Assembly: GCA_963663965.2 (NCBI GenBank)
Contig: CAXXFK010000015.1
Location: 1 to 64,000, forward strand
Length of the DNA stretch: 64,000 nucleotides
Direction of reading: 5' to 3'
Origin: Sedimentisphaerales bacterium
Lineage (GTDB): Bacteria; Planctomycetota; Phycisphaerae; Sedimentisphaerales; SM23-30
The translations under genes were made by a program, and so were the position numbers. Shown piece after piece: positions 30,445 to 42,114 of the stretch. The notes beneath the pieces were generated by a model. It made no database searches and had not been told where the DNA came from. It was given only the letters and a program-made list of their open reading frames with translations. Position 1 is the stretch's first letter. The number at the start of each line of letters is the position of its first letter.

Positions 30445-31605
30445 TCAATTGTTTTTTTCTCCAGCAAGGAATTCTTTCATTTTATCCAAGAACTTTTTGC
30501 GTTCAGGCATTACAGAGATATTCTCGGTTTCAGCGTATTCACGGAGCAATTTTTCCTGTTTTTTATCAATCTTCTTTGGGATTTCGATTAATATCTGCAC
30601 ATGCAAGATCCCCCGCCGGTTACTTTGCAGATTGGGCAAGCCTTCGCCCCTGACATCAATCACCGCTCCATGCTGGGTACCGGGCTGAATTTCGATTTCC
30701 CGGCTTCCCGTAAGTGTCGGCACTTCGACGGCTCCCCCCAACGTCGCCAGGGTGAAACTGACTGGAACCCGAATGATCAGATCATCGGCATCACGGGTCA
30801 GAAACTCATGCGGTTGCACCCTCATATAACAATAGAGATCGCCATGAGGTCCTCCGCGACCACCGGGTTCCCCTTCGCCAGTGATGCGTACGGCCTGGCC
30901 ATCCCGAATGCCGGCAGGAATTTTAACTACGACTTTACGGGGTATTTTTACAACGCCTTCACCATGACACTTGCGACAGGGATGAGTGACAATTCGTCCC
31001 ATGCCATTACAGCGGGGACAGGTTGTGACCATGCGAAACAAGCCGCCCATACCGGACTGGGCCACCTGTCCCTGACCGCCACACTGGACACAGGCTTCCA
31101 GTTCATGGCCCGGTTCCGAACGCGTTCCCTGGCAATGGTCGCAGATTTCACGTCGTTTAAATTCAATAGTTTTTTCAGTACCGGTTAGAATTTCCTTGAG
31201 GGTCAAACCAATCTGAACTTCGATATCGTACCCTTTTGTTGCCTGAGTACGTGCCGCGCCACGTCGTCCACGCCCGCCCCCGCCAAAGATGCCCCCGCCA
31301 AAGATATCATCGAACATACTGAAGATATCGTCAAATCCCATATGACTGAAATCGTGCATGCCAGCGCCGCGCAAACCTTCATGCCCAAATTGATCATAAC
31401 GCTGGCGTTTTTCCTGATCACTGAGCACTTCATAGGCTTCGGCGCATTCCTTGAACTTCCTTTCAGCATCTTTATCATCGGGATTTTTGTCCGGATGATA
31501 TTTAAGCGCCATACGCCGATAGGCACGCTTGATCTCTTCTGTGGTCGCTTCGCGCGCGATGCCCAGAACTTCGTAATAGTCTCGTTTGGATGCCGTCATC
31601 GTCAT
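30445..31605 (-). CDS. dnaJ: chaperone DnaJ
   Basis: J domain HPD, G/F region, four CxxCxGxG-type repeats. Confidence 0.97.
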   Translation of the reverse strand: MTMTASKRDYYEVLGIAREATTEEIKRAYRRMALKYHPDKNPDDKDAERKFKECAEAYEVLSDQEKRQRYDQFGHEGLRGAGMHDFSHMGFDDIFSMFDDIFGGGIFGGGGRGRRGAARTQATKGYDIEVQIGLTLKEILTGTEKTIEFKRREICDHCQGTRSEPGHELEACVQCGGQGQVAQSGMGGLFRMVTTCPRCNGMGRIVTHPCRKCHGEGVVKIPRKVVVKIPAGIRDGQAVRITGEGEPGGRGGPHGDLYCYMRVQPHEFLTRDADDLIIRVPVSFTLATLGGAVEVPTLTGSREIEIQPGTQHGAVIDVRGEGLPNLQSNRRGILHVQILIEIPKKIDKKQEKLLREYAETENISVMPERKKFLDKMKEFLAGEKNN

Positions 31606-31651
31606 ATCCGTTCGTTGGTAGCCTTCGGCGACAAAGGAAACAATCTAAAAA

Positions 31652-31696
31652 TTCGACCGCGGCCTTGCTCACGAATAAGCAATAGCCGCGGTCGAA
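31652..31696 (-). terminator. intergenic hairpin between groEL and dnaJ (partial terminator or mRNA stabiliser)
   Basis: TTCGACCGCGGC / GCCGCGGTCGAA with inner TTGCT/AGCAA. Confidence 0.6.
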
Positions 31697-31708
31697 ACGC
31701 CAGTATTA

Positions 31709-33352
<1,644 letters not shown>

Positions 33353-33368
33353 TTATCATTGAACATCG

Positions 33369-33656
33369 TTAATCCAGCACAGCTAGAATTTCACTTTCGC
33401 GCAGAATGACAAATTTTACGCCATCCACTTCCACTTCTGTGCCTGCGTAGCGGCCATAGAATACTTCATCATTTTTCTTAACCGCAATCGGAGCACGCTG
33501 TCCGTTATCCAGCAATTTGCCGGGGCCCATTGCAACCACTTTGCCACGCTGGGGTTTTTCCTTGGCTGAATCGGGCAGGACAATACCACCGGCCGTTACT
33601 TCTTCAGCATCGCTCTGCTTAACCACAATTCTGTCATCCAAAGGTTTGATATTCAT
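33369..33656 (-). CDS. groES: co-chaperonin GroES
   Basis: [26 protein letters not shown]. Confidence 0.98.
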   Translation of the reverse strand: MNIKPLDDRIVVKQSDAEEVTAGGIVLPDSAKEKPQRGKVVAMGPGKLLDNGQRAPIAVKKNDEVFYGRYAGTEVEVDGVKFVILRESEILAVLD

Positions 33657-33722
33657 TATGTCAGACTCCTGTCAATTTAGTTTATAATTTTCGGTTATTT
33701 CAGGTTTGATTTTGTCCATCCA

Positions 33723-35405
33723 TTACATCATGCCACCCATGCCACCCATGCCTCCCATTCCGCCCATACCTCCCATGCCACCCATGCCGTCCATGTCGGG
33801 CATACCGGCGGCCGACTTTTCTTTGGGCTTTTCGGTAATCACGGCATCGGTGGTCAGCAATAAACCGGCCACGCTGGCGGCATTGTTAAGGGCGCTTCGA
33901 ACGACCTTGACGGGATCGATAACGCCAGCTTTAATAAGATCTTCATAGACCATCGTGTCGGCATTAAATCCGAAAGCAACTTTATCGGTAGCCGCAACTT
34001 TATTGACCACCACATTGCCTTCTTCGCCAGCATTTGACGCAATGGTCATCATGGGAACCTTCAGGGCATTGTATACAATCGTGGCGCCCATCTTTTCATC
34101 GCCCTTTAACTTCATGTTTTCGATCGCACTACGGCAACGCAACAGGGCAACGCCGCCACCAGGGACAATGCCTTCCTCAAGCGCCGCGCGGGTCGCATGC
34201 AAAGCATCTTCCACCCTGGCTTTCTTTTCTTTCATTTCCGCTTCACTATGGGCGCCAACGTACACTTCCGCAACGCCACCGGCAAGTTTGGCTAACCGTT
34301 CCTGCAATTTTTCGCGATCATAATCACTGGTCGTGATTTCGATCTCACGCCGGATTTGCTCGATGCGTCCCTGTACGGCTTTGCGATCAGCTTTTTCATG
34401 GACGATCGTCGTATTGTCATTATCGATGGTAATTTTCGTGGCGGTCCCCAGATCAGCCAGTCCGACACTTTCCAGATCAATACCCAGATCTTTAAAAATA
34501 GGCCGTGCGCCGGTCAGGATGGCGATATCCTGTAACATGGCTTTGCGCCGGTCACCAAAACCAGGCGCCTTAACTGCCGCAACGTTCAATATGCCGCGCA
34601 GTTTGTTAACCACCAACGTTGCCAAAGCTTCGCCATCTACGTCCTCGGCAATAATCAGCAGGGCGCGCTTGCTTTTCGCAATATTTTCCAGCAATGGCAC
34701 CAATTTCTGGGCAGAAGAGATCTTGTCCTCATGGATTAAAATCAGAGGATTATTCAGTTCACAGGTCATACTATCCGGATCCGTTATAAAATTGGGAGAC
34801 AGATAGCCACGATCAAACTGCATTCCCTCAACCACATCAACATAGGTGTCCATGGACTTACTTTCTTCCACGGTAATGACACCATCTTTACCGACTTTTT
34901 CGAACGCTTCGGCCATGATTTCGCCGATAGCGCGATCATTATTCGCGCTTATTGAAGCAATATTCACAATATCATTTTTGCGGGCAATATTAACGGGGGT
35001 GCTGATTTCCGAGAGTTTTTTGCCAACGGCATCCACTGCCGCCTTCATTCCCCGTTGCAAAGCCATGGCATCAACGCCGGCGGCAATCGCACGAAAAGCT
35101 TCCTTGAAGATCGCCTCGGTCAGGACGGTCGCCGTGGTCGTTCCATCACCAGCCACATCGGACGTTTTACTGGCAGCTTCTTTGACCAGTTTGGCACCGA
35201 TGTTTTCAACTTTGTCTTTCAATTCAATTTCTTCAGCCACCGTTACGCCATCCTTAGTAACCAGCGGGCCGCCCCAACTTTTATCGAGAACGACATTTCG
35301 CCCCCGAGGCCCCAAGGTGCTTTTCACCGCAGCGGCCAGTTTGGTAACGCCCCGAAGGAGAGCTTCGCGAGCTTCAATATCAAAAGCAAGATCCTTAACT
35401 GCCAT
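33723..35405 (-). CDS. groEL: chaperonin GroEL (copy with GGM tail)
   Basis: [17 protein letters not shown]-terminal (GGM)n encoded by a 9-bp degenerate tandem repeat near 33730-33790. Confidence 0.98.
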   Translation of the reverse strand: MAVKDLAFDIEAREALLRGVTKLAAAVKSTLGPRGRNVVLDKSWGGPLVTKDGVTVAEEIELKDKVENIGAKLVKEAASKTSDVAGDGTTTATVLTEAIFKEAFRAIAAGVDAMALQRGMKAAVDAVGKKLSEISTPVNIARKNDIVNIASISANNDRAIGEIMAEAFEKVGKDGVITVEESKSMDTYVDVVEGMQFDRGYLSPNFITDPDSMTCELNNPLILIHEDKISSAQKLVPLLENIAKSKRALLIIAEDVDGEALATLVVNKLRGILNVAAVKAPGFGDRRKAMLQDIAILTGARPIFKDLGIDLESVGLADLGTATKITIDNDNTTIVHEKADRKAVQGRIEQIRREIEITTSDYDREKLQERLAKLAGGVAEVYVGAHSEAEMKEKKARVEDALHATRAALEEGIVPGGGVALLRCRSAIENMKLKGDEKMGATIVYNALKVPMMTIASNAGEEGNVVVNKVAATDKVAFGFNADTMVYEDLIKAGVIDPVKVVRSALNNAASVAGLLLTTDAVITEKPKEKSAAGMPDMDGMGGMGGMGGMGGMGGMGGMM

Positions 35406-35479
35406 AACGTCTGTCTCCTTATTATGAAAAAATAGTTTACGTGCATACTAGGGTTCTAAACAAACTTAAGATATTAGTA

Positions 35480-35495
35480 TGCAACTTTAGTGCCA
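35480..35495 (-). promoter_or_regulatory. sigma-54 (-24/-12) promoter for the chaperone operon
   Basis: Minus strand TGGCAC-TAAAG-TTGCA (GG-N10-GC), about 75 nt upstream of the groEL ATG. Confidence 0.8.
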
Positions 35496-35536
35496 GACAC
35501 CGCCAAAGAGAATCATGCACGTTGTTATTTATTATT

Positions 35537-35549
35537 TATCAACACGTTA
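35537..35549. promoter_or_regulatory. IHF-type binding site
   Basis: TATCAACACGTTA is an exact match to WATCAANNNNTTR, lying between the promoter and the upstream palindromes. Confidence 0.6.
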
Positions 35550-35592
35550 TGAATATTACGATTATGTCTTATGTCAGAACTTCATTATTTAT

Positions 35593-35641
35593 ACTGCCAG
35601 AGTGACAATCCTTTATTTTCTGCCATTGCCAACCTGACAGT
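35593..35641. promoter_or_regulatory. two upstream activator-like palindromes TGCCA-N3-TGACA
   Basis: TGCCAgagTGACA at 35595-35607 and TGCCAaccTGACA at 35627-35639, 32 bp apart. Confidence 0.6.
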
Positions 35642-35743
35642 CTGAATTTCATGTTTTATAAAACCGCCTTTTCATCCATCGAGTCATTCGGTTGAATGCG
35701 AATACAATCCCAGAGGGGCAACCCGGCTGATTAAATATTTTTG

Positions 35744-35771
35744 TTTACAGGATAACTATTTCAGTTATAAT
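35744..35771 (+). promoter_or_regulatory. candidate sigma-70 promoter for rtcB
   Basis: TTTACA-16 nt-TATAAT. Confidence 0.5.
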
Positions 35772-35817
35772 GGTTTACTGTTATGTTTATTGGGATTGGT
35801 AAACAGGTTTATTCACC

Positions 35818-37224
35818 ATGAAAACACGAGAACTTGAAAATCTGGGCATTCCTTCCGGCGCCCCCATGGATGCCGTCAGACAAATGATTATCAAGCTTAG
35901 CAGTAATCGTACAGACCGTCCTAAAAAATCCGATTTAAGAAAAACTGTTCAAGATTTATCAGAAAATCCTGAAAAGTATTCCCAGGATGCTCTTTGGGGA
36001 CACGTCGCCAAAATGATTATTGAAACACGACAATGCCGATCACGTTTTGAAGATCGAGAGAAAAGCGCTCCCTGGGAACAATGGGGAAATGATTTAGATC
36101 CGGAATCAATCAAACAAATCGAAAATGCCTGTAAACTCCCCATCTCGGTGGCAGGCGCCTTAATGCCGGACGCCCATGTCGGTTATGGATTGCCAATCGG
36201 AGGGGTACTGGGCACAGATAATGCGGTTATTCCTTACGCCGTCGGGGTCGACATCGCCTGTCGGATGAAGATGACAGTATTGGATCTGCCTTCAAACGCA
36301 CTAACCGGCCAATCGGACCGCCTTAAAAACGCCATCCACAGCGAAACCCGTTTTGGCGTTGGCGCGACCTTTAAGAAACGCCGGGAACACAAAGTCATGG
36401 ATGAAAACTGGTCATTCAGTCCGATTATCCGTAAATTAAAAGACAAAGCCTGGGACCAACTTGGCACCAGCGGCAGCGGGAATCATTTTGTTGAATTCGG
36501 CACGCTCACTCTCGAACATGCAGGCCTTGGTCTGGAGGCGGGCACCTATATTGCATTGTTAAGTCACAGCGGCAGCCGAGGAGCAGGCAATGAAACAGCC
36601 ACCTGGTATAGTAAACTCGCAATGGATCAGCATCCGGAATTACCTCACGGATTAAAACAGCTAGCGTGGCTGGATTTGAACAGTCAGGCAGGCCAAGAAT
36701 ATTGGAAAGCAATGGAGTTAATGGGAAACTACGCTGCTGCCAACCATTTTCTGATTCATAAACATATTGCGCGCTATTTAGGGGTTGACGTTTTGCTTGA
36801 TATCGAGAATCACCATAATTTTGCCTGGAAGGAAGTTCATAATGGCCGGGAATTGATTATTCATCGCAAGGGCGCCACTCCCGCCGGCACCGGAGTAATC
36901 GGAATCATACCCGGTTCCATGGCTGCGCCAGGATATGTTGTCAGAGGGAAAGGAAATATTTTATCCTTAAATTCGGCCTCCCACGGAGCCGGCCGGGCCG
37001 TCAGCCGTAAAAAAGCCAAGGAGCAATTTAACTGGTATCAGGCCAGACAAATATTGGAGCGTGAAGGAATAACAGTCATATCAGCAGGACTTGATGAAGT
37101 TCCCATGGCTTATAAAGATATTCATACTGTCATGAACGCTCAAAAAGATTTAGTTGAGATTATCGCCCGCTTCGATCCGAAATTAGTCAAAATGGCGCCA
37201 GCCGGAGAACGGCCGGAAGACTAA
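35818..37224 (+). CDS. rtcB: RtcB family RNA ligase
   Basis: MPDAHVGYGLPIGGV, GVDIAC, GSGNHF, HSGSRG, HHN, HRKGATPA, SHGAGR. Confidence 0.96.
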   Translation: MKTRELENLGIPSGAPMDAVRQMIIKLSSNRTDRPKKSDLRKTVQDLSENPEKYSQDALWGHVAKMIIETRQCRSRFEDREKSAPWEQWGNDLDPESIKQIENACKLPISVAGALMPDAHVGYGLPIGGVLGTDNAVIPYAVGVDIACRMKMTVLDLPSNALTGQSDRLKNAIHSETRFGVGATFKKRREHKVMDENWSFSPIIRKLKDKAWDQLGTSGSGNHFVEFGTLTLEHAGLGLEAGTYIALLSHSGSRGAGNETATWYSKLAMDQHPELPHGLKQLAWLDLNSQAGQEYWKAMELMGNYAAANHFLIHKHIARYLGVDVLLDIENHHNFAWKEVHNGRELIIHRKGATPAGTGVIGIIPGSMAAPGYVVRGKGNILSLNSASHGAGRAVSRKKAKEQFNWYQARQILEREGITVISAGLDEVPMAYKDIHTVMNAQKDLVEIIARFDPKLVKMAPAGERPED

Positions 37225-37353
37225 GGCTGGGTGTAATAAATTTAAAGGATTGTGTGTTAACCTAGTATACATTTGATATATTCATATTTTTCATTGATAC
37301 TCTATTTATTATATATATTTTTATTACTATCTATCATTTAAGGATTTAGAGTT

Positions 37354-38451
37354 ATGATAATATTTTGGGTTATTCGTGCCGCATTTATTATGATGATTAT
37401 TGCCGCGGGTCTTTTTGGAATCCGATCTCTGTCAGGTCTTGAGCAATCCGGAACAGACGAAGGCCTCTCAGGAGATCTTAATACCGTCTACTGGTTATCC
37501 GTTTTAAGTTGTTTTCTGATTGTAATTATTGGCCTGACGGTAGATCTCCTGGTACCGCGTAAACGGATTTCCGCATTAGCCGGGGTGTTTTTTGGAATTG
37601 TGGTAGGCGTTTTAATTGGTCTGGCTTTTGGTTATGTCGTCGAAATGATCTATGAAACATACAACATAACAGAAAACAGTTATCCTGCGCTTTATAATTA
37701 TAAGATCCTCATAAAAATTCTAATTAATGTCTTATGTTGCTACTGGGCAGTTACTTTTGTCATGCAGACCAAGGATGATTTTCGGTTCATTATCCCTTAT
37801 GTCGAATTTTCCAAACAGACCAGGGGCACCAATCCTTTGCTGCTGGATACTTCAGTCATCATTGATGGGCGAATTGCAGATATAACCCTTACGGGAGTTT
37901 TCAATTCTCAGCTGGTCGTTCCGCGTTTTATATTAAATGAACTGCAATTGATCGCCGATTCATCAGACCGACTGAAAAGAAACCGGGGCCGCAGAGGTCT
38001 TGACATATTGAATAAAATGCAATTGGATGATCACATTGATATCGTAATCAAAGACATCGAGTTGACCACCCGCGAGCAAAAAGAACCCGTAGACCATAAA
38101 CTGGTCGCGGCGGCCGCCATATTAAACGGACGAATTGTCACCAATGACTTTAATCTGAACAAGGTATGTACCCTGCGTAAGATCCCTGTGATCAATATTA
38201 ACGATTTAGCCAGTTCCCTCAAGGCCGTGGTCCTGCCAGGCGAACAGATGCAAATCAAAATTGTCAAACAGGGGGATCAACCTGGCCAGGGGGTTGGTTA
38301 TCTGGATGATGGGACGATGGTAGTAGTGGACGAAGGACGCCACCACTTGGGAAAAACCGTGGATATCACCGTAACATCCGCACTACAAACCGCCGCCGGT
38401 CGAATGATTTTCGGAAAAATTGGATCTGACCGTAACGATGCTGAAAAATAG
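37354..38451 (+). CDS. membrane PIN/TRAM domain protein (YacL-like)
   Basis: Four N-terminal TM segments; LLDTSVIIDGRI, TNDFNLNKV, GVGYLDDGTMVVV, TSALQTAAGRMIF. Confidence 0.93.
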   Translation: MIIFWVIRAAFIMMIIAAGLFGIRSLSGLEQSGTDEGLSGDLNTVYWLSVLSCFLIVIIGLTVDLLVPRKRISALAGVFFGIVVGVLIGLAFGYVVEMIYETYNITENSYPALYNYKILIKILINVLCCYWAVTFVMQTKDDFRFIIPYVEFSKQTRGTNPLLLDTSVIIDGRIADITLTGVFNSQLVVPRFILNELQLIADSSDRLKRNRGRRGLDILNKMQLDDHIDIVIKDIELTTREQKEPVDHKLVAAAAILNGRIVTNDFNLNKVCTLRKIPVININDLASSLKAVVLPGEQMQIKIVKQGDQPGQGVGYLDDGTMVVVDEGRHHLGKTVDITVTSALQTAAGRMIFGKIGSDRNDAEK

Positions 38452-38487
38452 CGCCTTACCTCCCCGCAACCGGCGACTCAACGTGAT

Positions 38488-39405
38488 TTAATGGGGACGA
38501 CTCAAGAAACCAATCGTTGATTCCATAATCCGCTGGCGGAAGACATTTTGTCTGGTCGCTTCGCTTTGCTCCTTTAAATCATCCAGATTGGCCAGGCAAA
38601 ACCGGCATCCCAATTTGTTCAAATGGAAATCGACATAATCCTGCCATTGGGATTCCAGTGTACCAAGTAACCATTGCCCAATAGTACTGCGTTTTGGACA
38701 ACTGGGCCGAAGCGCCTCCCAGACATCGGTTAATAACGTTTCAAAGGAATCGGCCAACGGATCACCACAGAAATCTTTAGCTTCAATTAGACTATGAACC
38801 TGTTTAAGGCAACGATGTTTAATGACTGCAACGTTTTTTTCACTGATGTCCAGCATGGCGGCAATTTGCTGGTTGGCAATTCTGGCATAAAATACCAAAT
38901 CTACTATTTGCAGGTTACGAAAATTCAGGGAATCTTTTAGATCGGTTACCAGGGTTTGCAACGCTTGCAAAAGGGCTTCCTTGTGTAATTCGTGCTGTTC
39001 ATCCTGGCGGACATACCAGCTGGCGGTCGGTTCAGTACCGGCAATCCGGTCAAACATATCGCCGTGCGAGTCATTGTCATCAGCCCGATAAACATCATTA
39101 ACCAGACACAGATTTTTTTTGGATTGACGACCCCGATAGGTATCAATAATTTTTCGTCGCAAAATCGTAAACAGCCAGGTTTCGATACCGGCATCACCAC
39201 GATACCTGTCCAGAGATCGTAAAAAGGCAATAAAAGTATCCTGAACGACATCTTCGGCGTCGGCTTTCTGTCCCAGAGAAGATTGCGCAAAGGATAATAA
39301 TCGCCCTTGATAACGACCAACCAACTGATCCCACGCTTCGGAGGAACCCTGTTTAATTTGCTCTAATAAAAACTGTTCTGCCGGATTTAGTTCTGCCATA
39401 TCCAA
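38488..39405 (-). CDS. ECF sigma factor with C-terminal Cys/His (zinc-finger-like) extension
   Basis: AWDQLVGRY, DAEDVVQDTF, WLFTILRRKIID, region 4 IAAMLDISEKNV; tail CPKRSTIG...FHLNKLGCRFC. Confidence 0.88.
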   Translation of the reverse strand: MDMAELNPAEQFLLEQIKQGSSEAWDQLVGRYQGRLLSFAQSSLGQKADAEDVVQDTFIAFLRSLDRYRGDAGIETWLFTILRRKIIDTYRGRQSKKNLCLVNDVYRADDNDSHGDMFDRIAGTEPTASWYVRQDEQHELHKEALLQALQTLVTDLKDSLNFRNLQIVDLVFYARIANQQIAAMLDISEKNVAVIKHRCLKQVHSLIEAKDFCGDPLADSFETLLTDVWEALRPSCPKRSTIGQWLLGTLESQWQDYVDFHLNKLGCRFCLANLDDLKEQSEATRQNVFRQRIMESTIGFLSRPH

Positions 39406-39448
39406 ACACTCCGCCGCGAGTACCCGCCGAGTGTTTATACGGCCGGCC

Positions 39449-40918
39449 TCACGCCAGACACAAAAAAAATATCACTGCCGCAGCCAGTACCACACCAGCA
39501 AGCAGTTTTAATACCAAACTATAATATCCCTTTGTAGCATAATTCAGGAATATGTAAAGCAGAAAAATAAGAACCAGTAATCCGGCTAGTTGCAGTAAGT
39601 TTTTTATCCACATAGAGTTGTGAGCAGAATGTTTATCCAGAAAGAATTTAGACGCATTATGGATAATTTGTGGATTCACCTTCAACAGAATTGCTTCCCG
39701 GCAAATTTGACCGGCCGTTCCCTTTAATTGCTGCTTATAGGCATCTGCCAGGAGTCCTAATTCTTTTAACTGGCTTTCATTCAGATCCACTTGAGGATTA
39801 TGGATATCATAATCAACCTCCAAACTCTGCATAATCATAGGTTTCAGCCAATTGATTGCGTTGTTAACAGCCTGTTCATGTGCCAGTACTGGATTATCCG
39901 GAACGGCATCATTTGATCGGGCAACAAACCAGGTATAATCTTTTTTATCGTTGGCCAGTTCACCCAGAAGATTGACCCAGGGTTTATGGTAAAATGGGGC
40001 CGATCGCACAGCAAATCCATTATTATCATAAACAGCAACTTTGAGTTCGCCTTTGATCGGAATATAAACATTTTCACTCTCTATCTGACTGATTTTCCTC
40101 GAAATCATTCCGATTCTACCAGATTGATTTAGTGCTTCAAACGCATCAGGAGTATCCGGTTCAGCTATTTGTCCTTCCTGAACTTCCTGATTTTCGGGGG
40201 GACTTTGTTTTATTGATATAATTCCAAAATCGACTAATTCCTGAGGTGATACGGGTATTGGCAAATCTAACCGATTAACACAAACAGCAATTTGTATTTC
40301 GTCGGGTCCAATATCAGGAGCAGATGAACCTTGTTCATAAGTAAGCATTTCAACCTTAGCATCAGGGCAGTTACGAATGATTTCATCTGTCATGGATTCT
40401 AATATTTTTTGAACTACTATTACATTCTGCCTTGAAGAGTCAATGGGATCGTATGATAATTCCAAAGCCATATTACCGATAGCCCCCTGGGGTAATACCG
40501 GCATAATGTAGATTTTGGAAAGTGAATCGAGACCTTGAATAGTTTCTTGAAGGTGGTTACTCAGTTCATTTATCAACCCTACGGCCGCAGCCTGAATAGT
40601 CGGATAATTATCAGCAGGAAATTTACGATCGATAGCCTCATCCCAGATGGTTGGAGAGGTCATACTCGCTGAAACCACCTCTACTTCCGCCTGGTTATAC
40701 AATTCAACCGGTTGAGCGACTTTGTGTCTCATAGATAACCGTACGGACATGAGAACCACTATAACCGCGCCCAGAAATAATACGCTAACAGCAGTTATTA
40801 TCTTACCTTTTTTTGGCAATATGATCAGCGCTACGATTATACCAATCACGATAGCCAGGATGGGCCAAATTGCAAATACTATTTTGGGTTGCATAACCAT
40901 AAAGTAAACTCTTTCCAT
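39449..40918 (-). CDS. membrane protein (2 TM, large loop, 2 TM), paralog of the upstream gene
   Basis: TGATG overlap with the upstream gene; shared blocks PADNYP, RSAPF..KPW, QQLKGTAGQICREAILLK. Confidence 0.75.
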   Translation of the reverse strand: MERVYFMVMQPKIVFAIWPILAIVIGIIVALIILPKKGKIITAVSVLFLGAVIVVLMSVRLSMRHKVAQPVELYNQAEVEVVSASMTSPTIWDEAIDRKFPADNYPTIQAAAVGLINELSNHLQETIQGLDSLSKIYIMPVLPQGAIGNMALELSYDPIDSSRQNVIVVQKILESMTDEIIRNCPDAKVEMLTYEQGSSAPDIGPDEIQIAVCVNRLDLPIPVSPQELVDFGIISIKQSPPENQEVQEGQIAEPDTPDAFEALNQSGRIGMISRKISQIESENVYIPIKGELKVAVYDNNGFAVRSAPFYHKPWVNLLGELANDKKDYTWFVARSNDAVPDNPVLAHEQAVNNAINWLKPMIMQSLEVDYDIHNPQVDLNESQLKELGLLADAYKQQLKGTAGQICREAILLKVNPQIIHNASKFFLDKHSAHNSMWIKNLLQLAGLLVLIFLLYIFLNYATKGYYSLVLKLLAGVVLAAAVIFFLCLA

Positions 40919-42114
40919 CAAAATAATGTATGAATCCGTGATCCATTAATTCTTATTATAAACAGAGTCAGCAATATTATTGGAATGATCAATCCCAGAA
41001 TAACCCAAAAACCGCCGATTTTTTTTCGCATCCGCGTCGCATATTGCAATATCAGCCCAACTACTAATATCAGAAATAAAATACCCAAACAGGACGCCCA
41101 TGGAGCCATCGCTATGGCCCGATTCTGATGAGTGGCAACAGAGACAGGCGCGATCTGATCCGGATTCTTAATCAAAAGCGCCGCCCGCCAGATAGGACCA
41201 GATTCACCATCGATTCGCTGAACAAACTGGTCCTCTATTTTATCGGTTGCCAACCGATTGGTAAAATCATTGAGCTCAAATGAACCAGGATAATTGTTGT
41301 TAAGCAGAACACTCAAATTATCAAGCGCCTGTTGAACCGCTTCTTCTTTAGATGCACAAGCCGTACTGGAACGGGTGATTATATATTGCTGGTAATTTCG
41401 CAAAGTAGAATATTGGTGAAAATTATCCAGCCACAGATGATAATCGTATGGGACCGATCTCGACAGTTTTCCAGCAGGACCGGTCAGATCGAACATTACA
41501 TTACCCTGACAGGCTATAATCCGGCCATTTGACGCCGTTGACCGCGTCCTGTTACAGGATACCCTTATGGTCAGGGCTTCTGGATCCGTATTTCGAATCG
41601 TTGAGGAAGGAACCGCGGATTCCAGCAGAATCTTAACATCATCCTGATAGATGGTTTCCAAGGTTTGCGCCAGCGCCTGGAGGGTATCATATTTTAAAAG
41701 ATCATTATCGACAGATCCATAAATTTGAATGCGTGTTGGCAAGTGGGAGGAGGAATCGGCATTTTCCAGGCAAATCTGCCCAATCTGATCAGGCAATTGA
41801 TGAGCCAATCCGCGAGCAGCCGATTCCGGATTGGGATAGATATCCGCCGGTCTTTGATCGGCAATACCAGATGGTTTCCAGATATCCGGCAACTCTTCCG
41901 GGGCCTGGGAAAAATGATAATCGGCATGAATAGGACTAGACATTGTATCATCAACGATACTCGCCGTTCGAGAACGAGGCGCTGCGACAAAATGGAAACT
42001 AAATACTATGCCAAACAGCACCAGCAGAGTCAATAATCCCGCTCGCCATGATCTGACAAAGATCACTACAATCATAATAATGACCAGTAATTCCACAATT
42101 CCTATCGCCATCAT
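40918..42114 (-). CDS. membrane protein (2 TM, large loop, 2 TM)
   Basis: ATGA overlap with the kinase stop; PADIYP, RSVPY..HLW, QRIDGESGPIWRAALLIK. Confidence 0.75.
   Translation of the reverse strand: MMAIGIVELLVIIMIVVIFVRSWRAGLLTLLVLFGIVFSFHFVAAPRSRTASIVDDTMSSPIHADYHFSQAPEELPDIWKPSGIADQRPADIYPNPESAARGLAHQLPDQIGQICLENADSSSHLPTRIQIYGSVDNDLLKYDTLQALAQTLETIYQDDVKILLESAVPSSTIRNTDPEALTIRVSCNRTRSTASNGRIIACQGNVMFDLTGPAGKLSRSVPYDYHLWLDNFHQYSTLRNYQQYIITRSSTACASKEEAVQQALDNLSVLLNNNYPGSFELNDFTNRLATDKIEDQFVQRIDGESGPIWRAALLIKNPDQIAPVSVATHQNRAIAMAPWASCLGILFLILVVGLILQYATRMRKKIGGFWVILGLIIPIILLTLFIIRINGSRIHTLF

Noticed and set aside
33730..33790. 9-bp tandem repeat (CCCATGCCA-like)
   Set aside because: It encodes the GroEL GGM tail; not a CRISPR or VNTR element
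35406..35640. CIRCE/HrcA operator
   Set aside because: No TTAGCACTC-N9-GAGTGCTAA; the GCAC-containing element fits a sigma-54 promoter better
35640..35817. Sigma-54 promoter or structured RNA (Y RNA, tRNA-like) upstream of rtcB
   Set aside because: No GG-N10-GC on the plus strand; only two short weak hairpins; a sigma-70-like promoter is present instead
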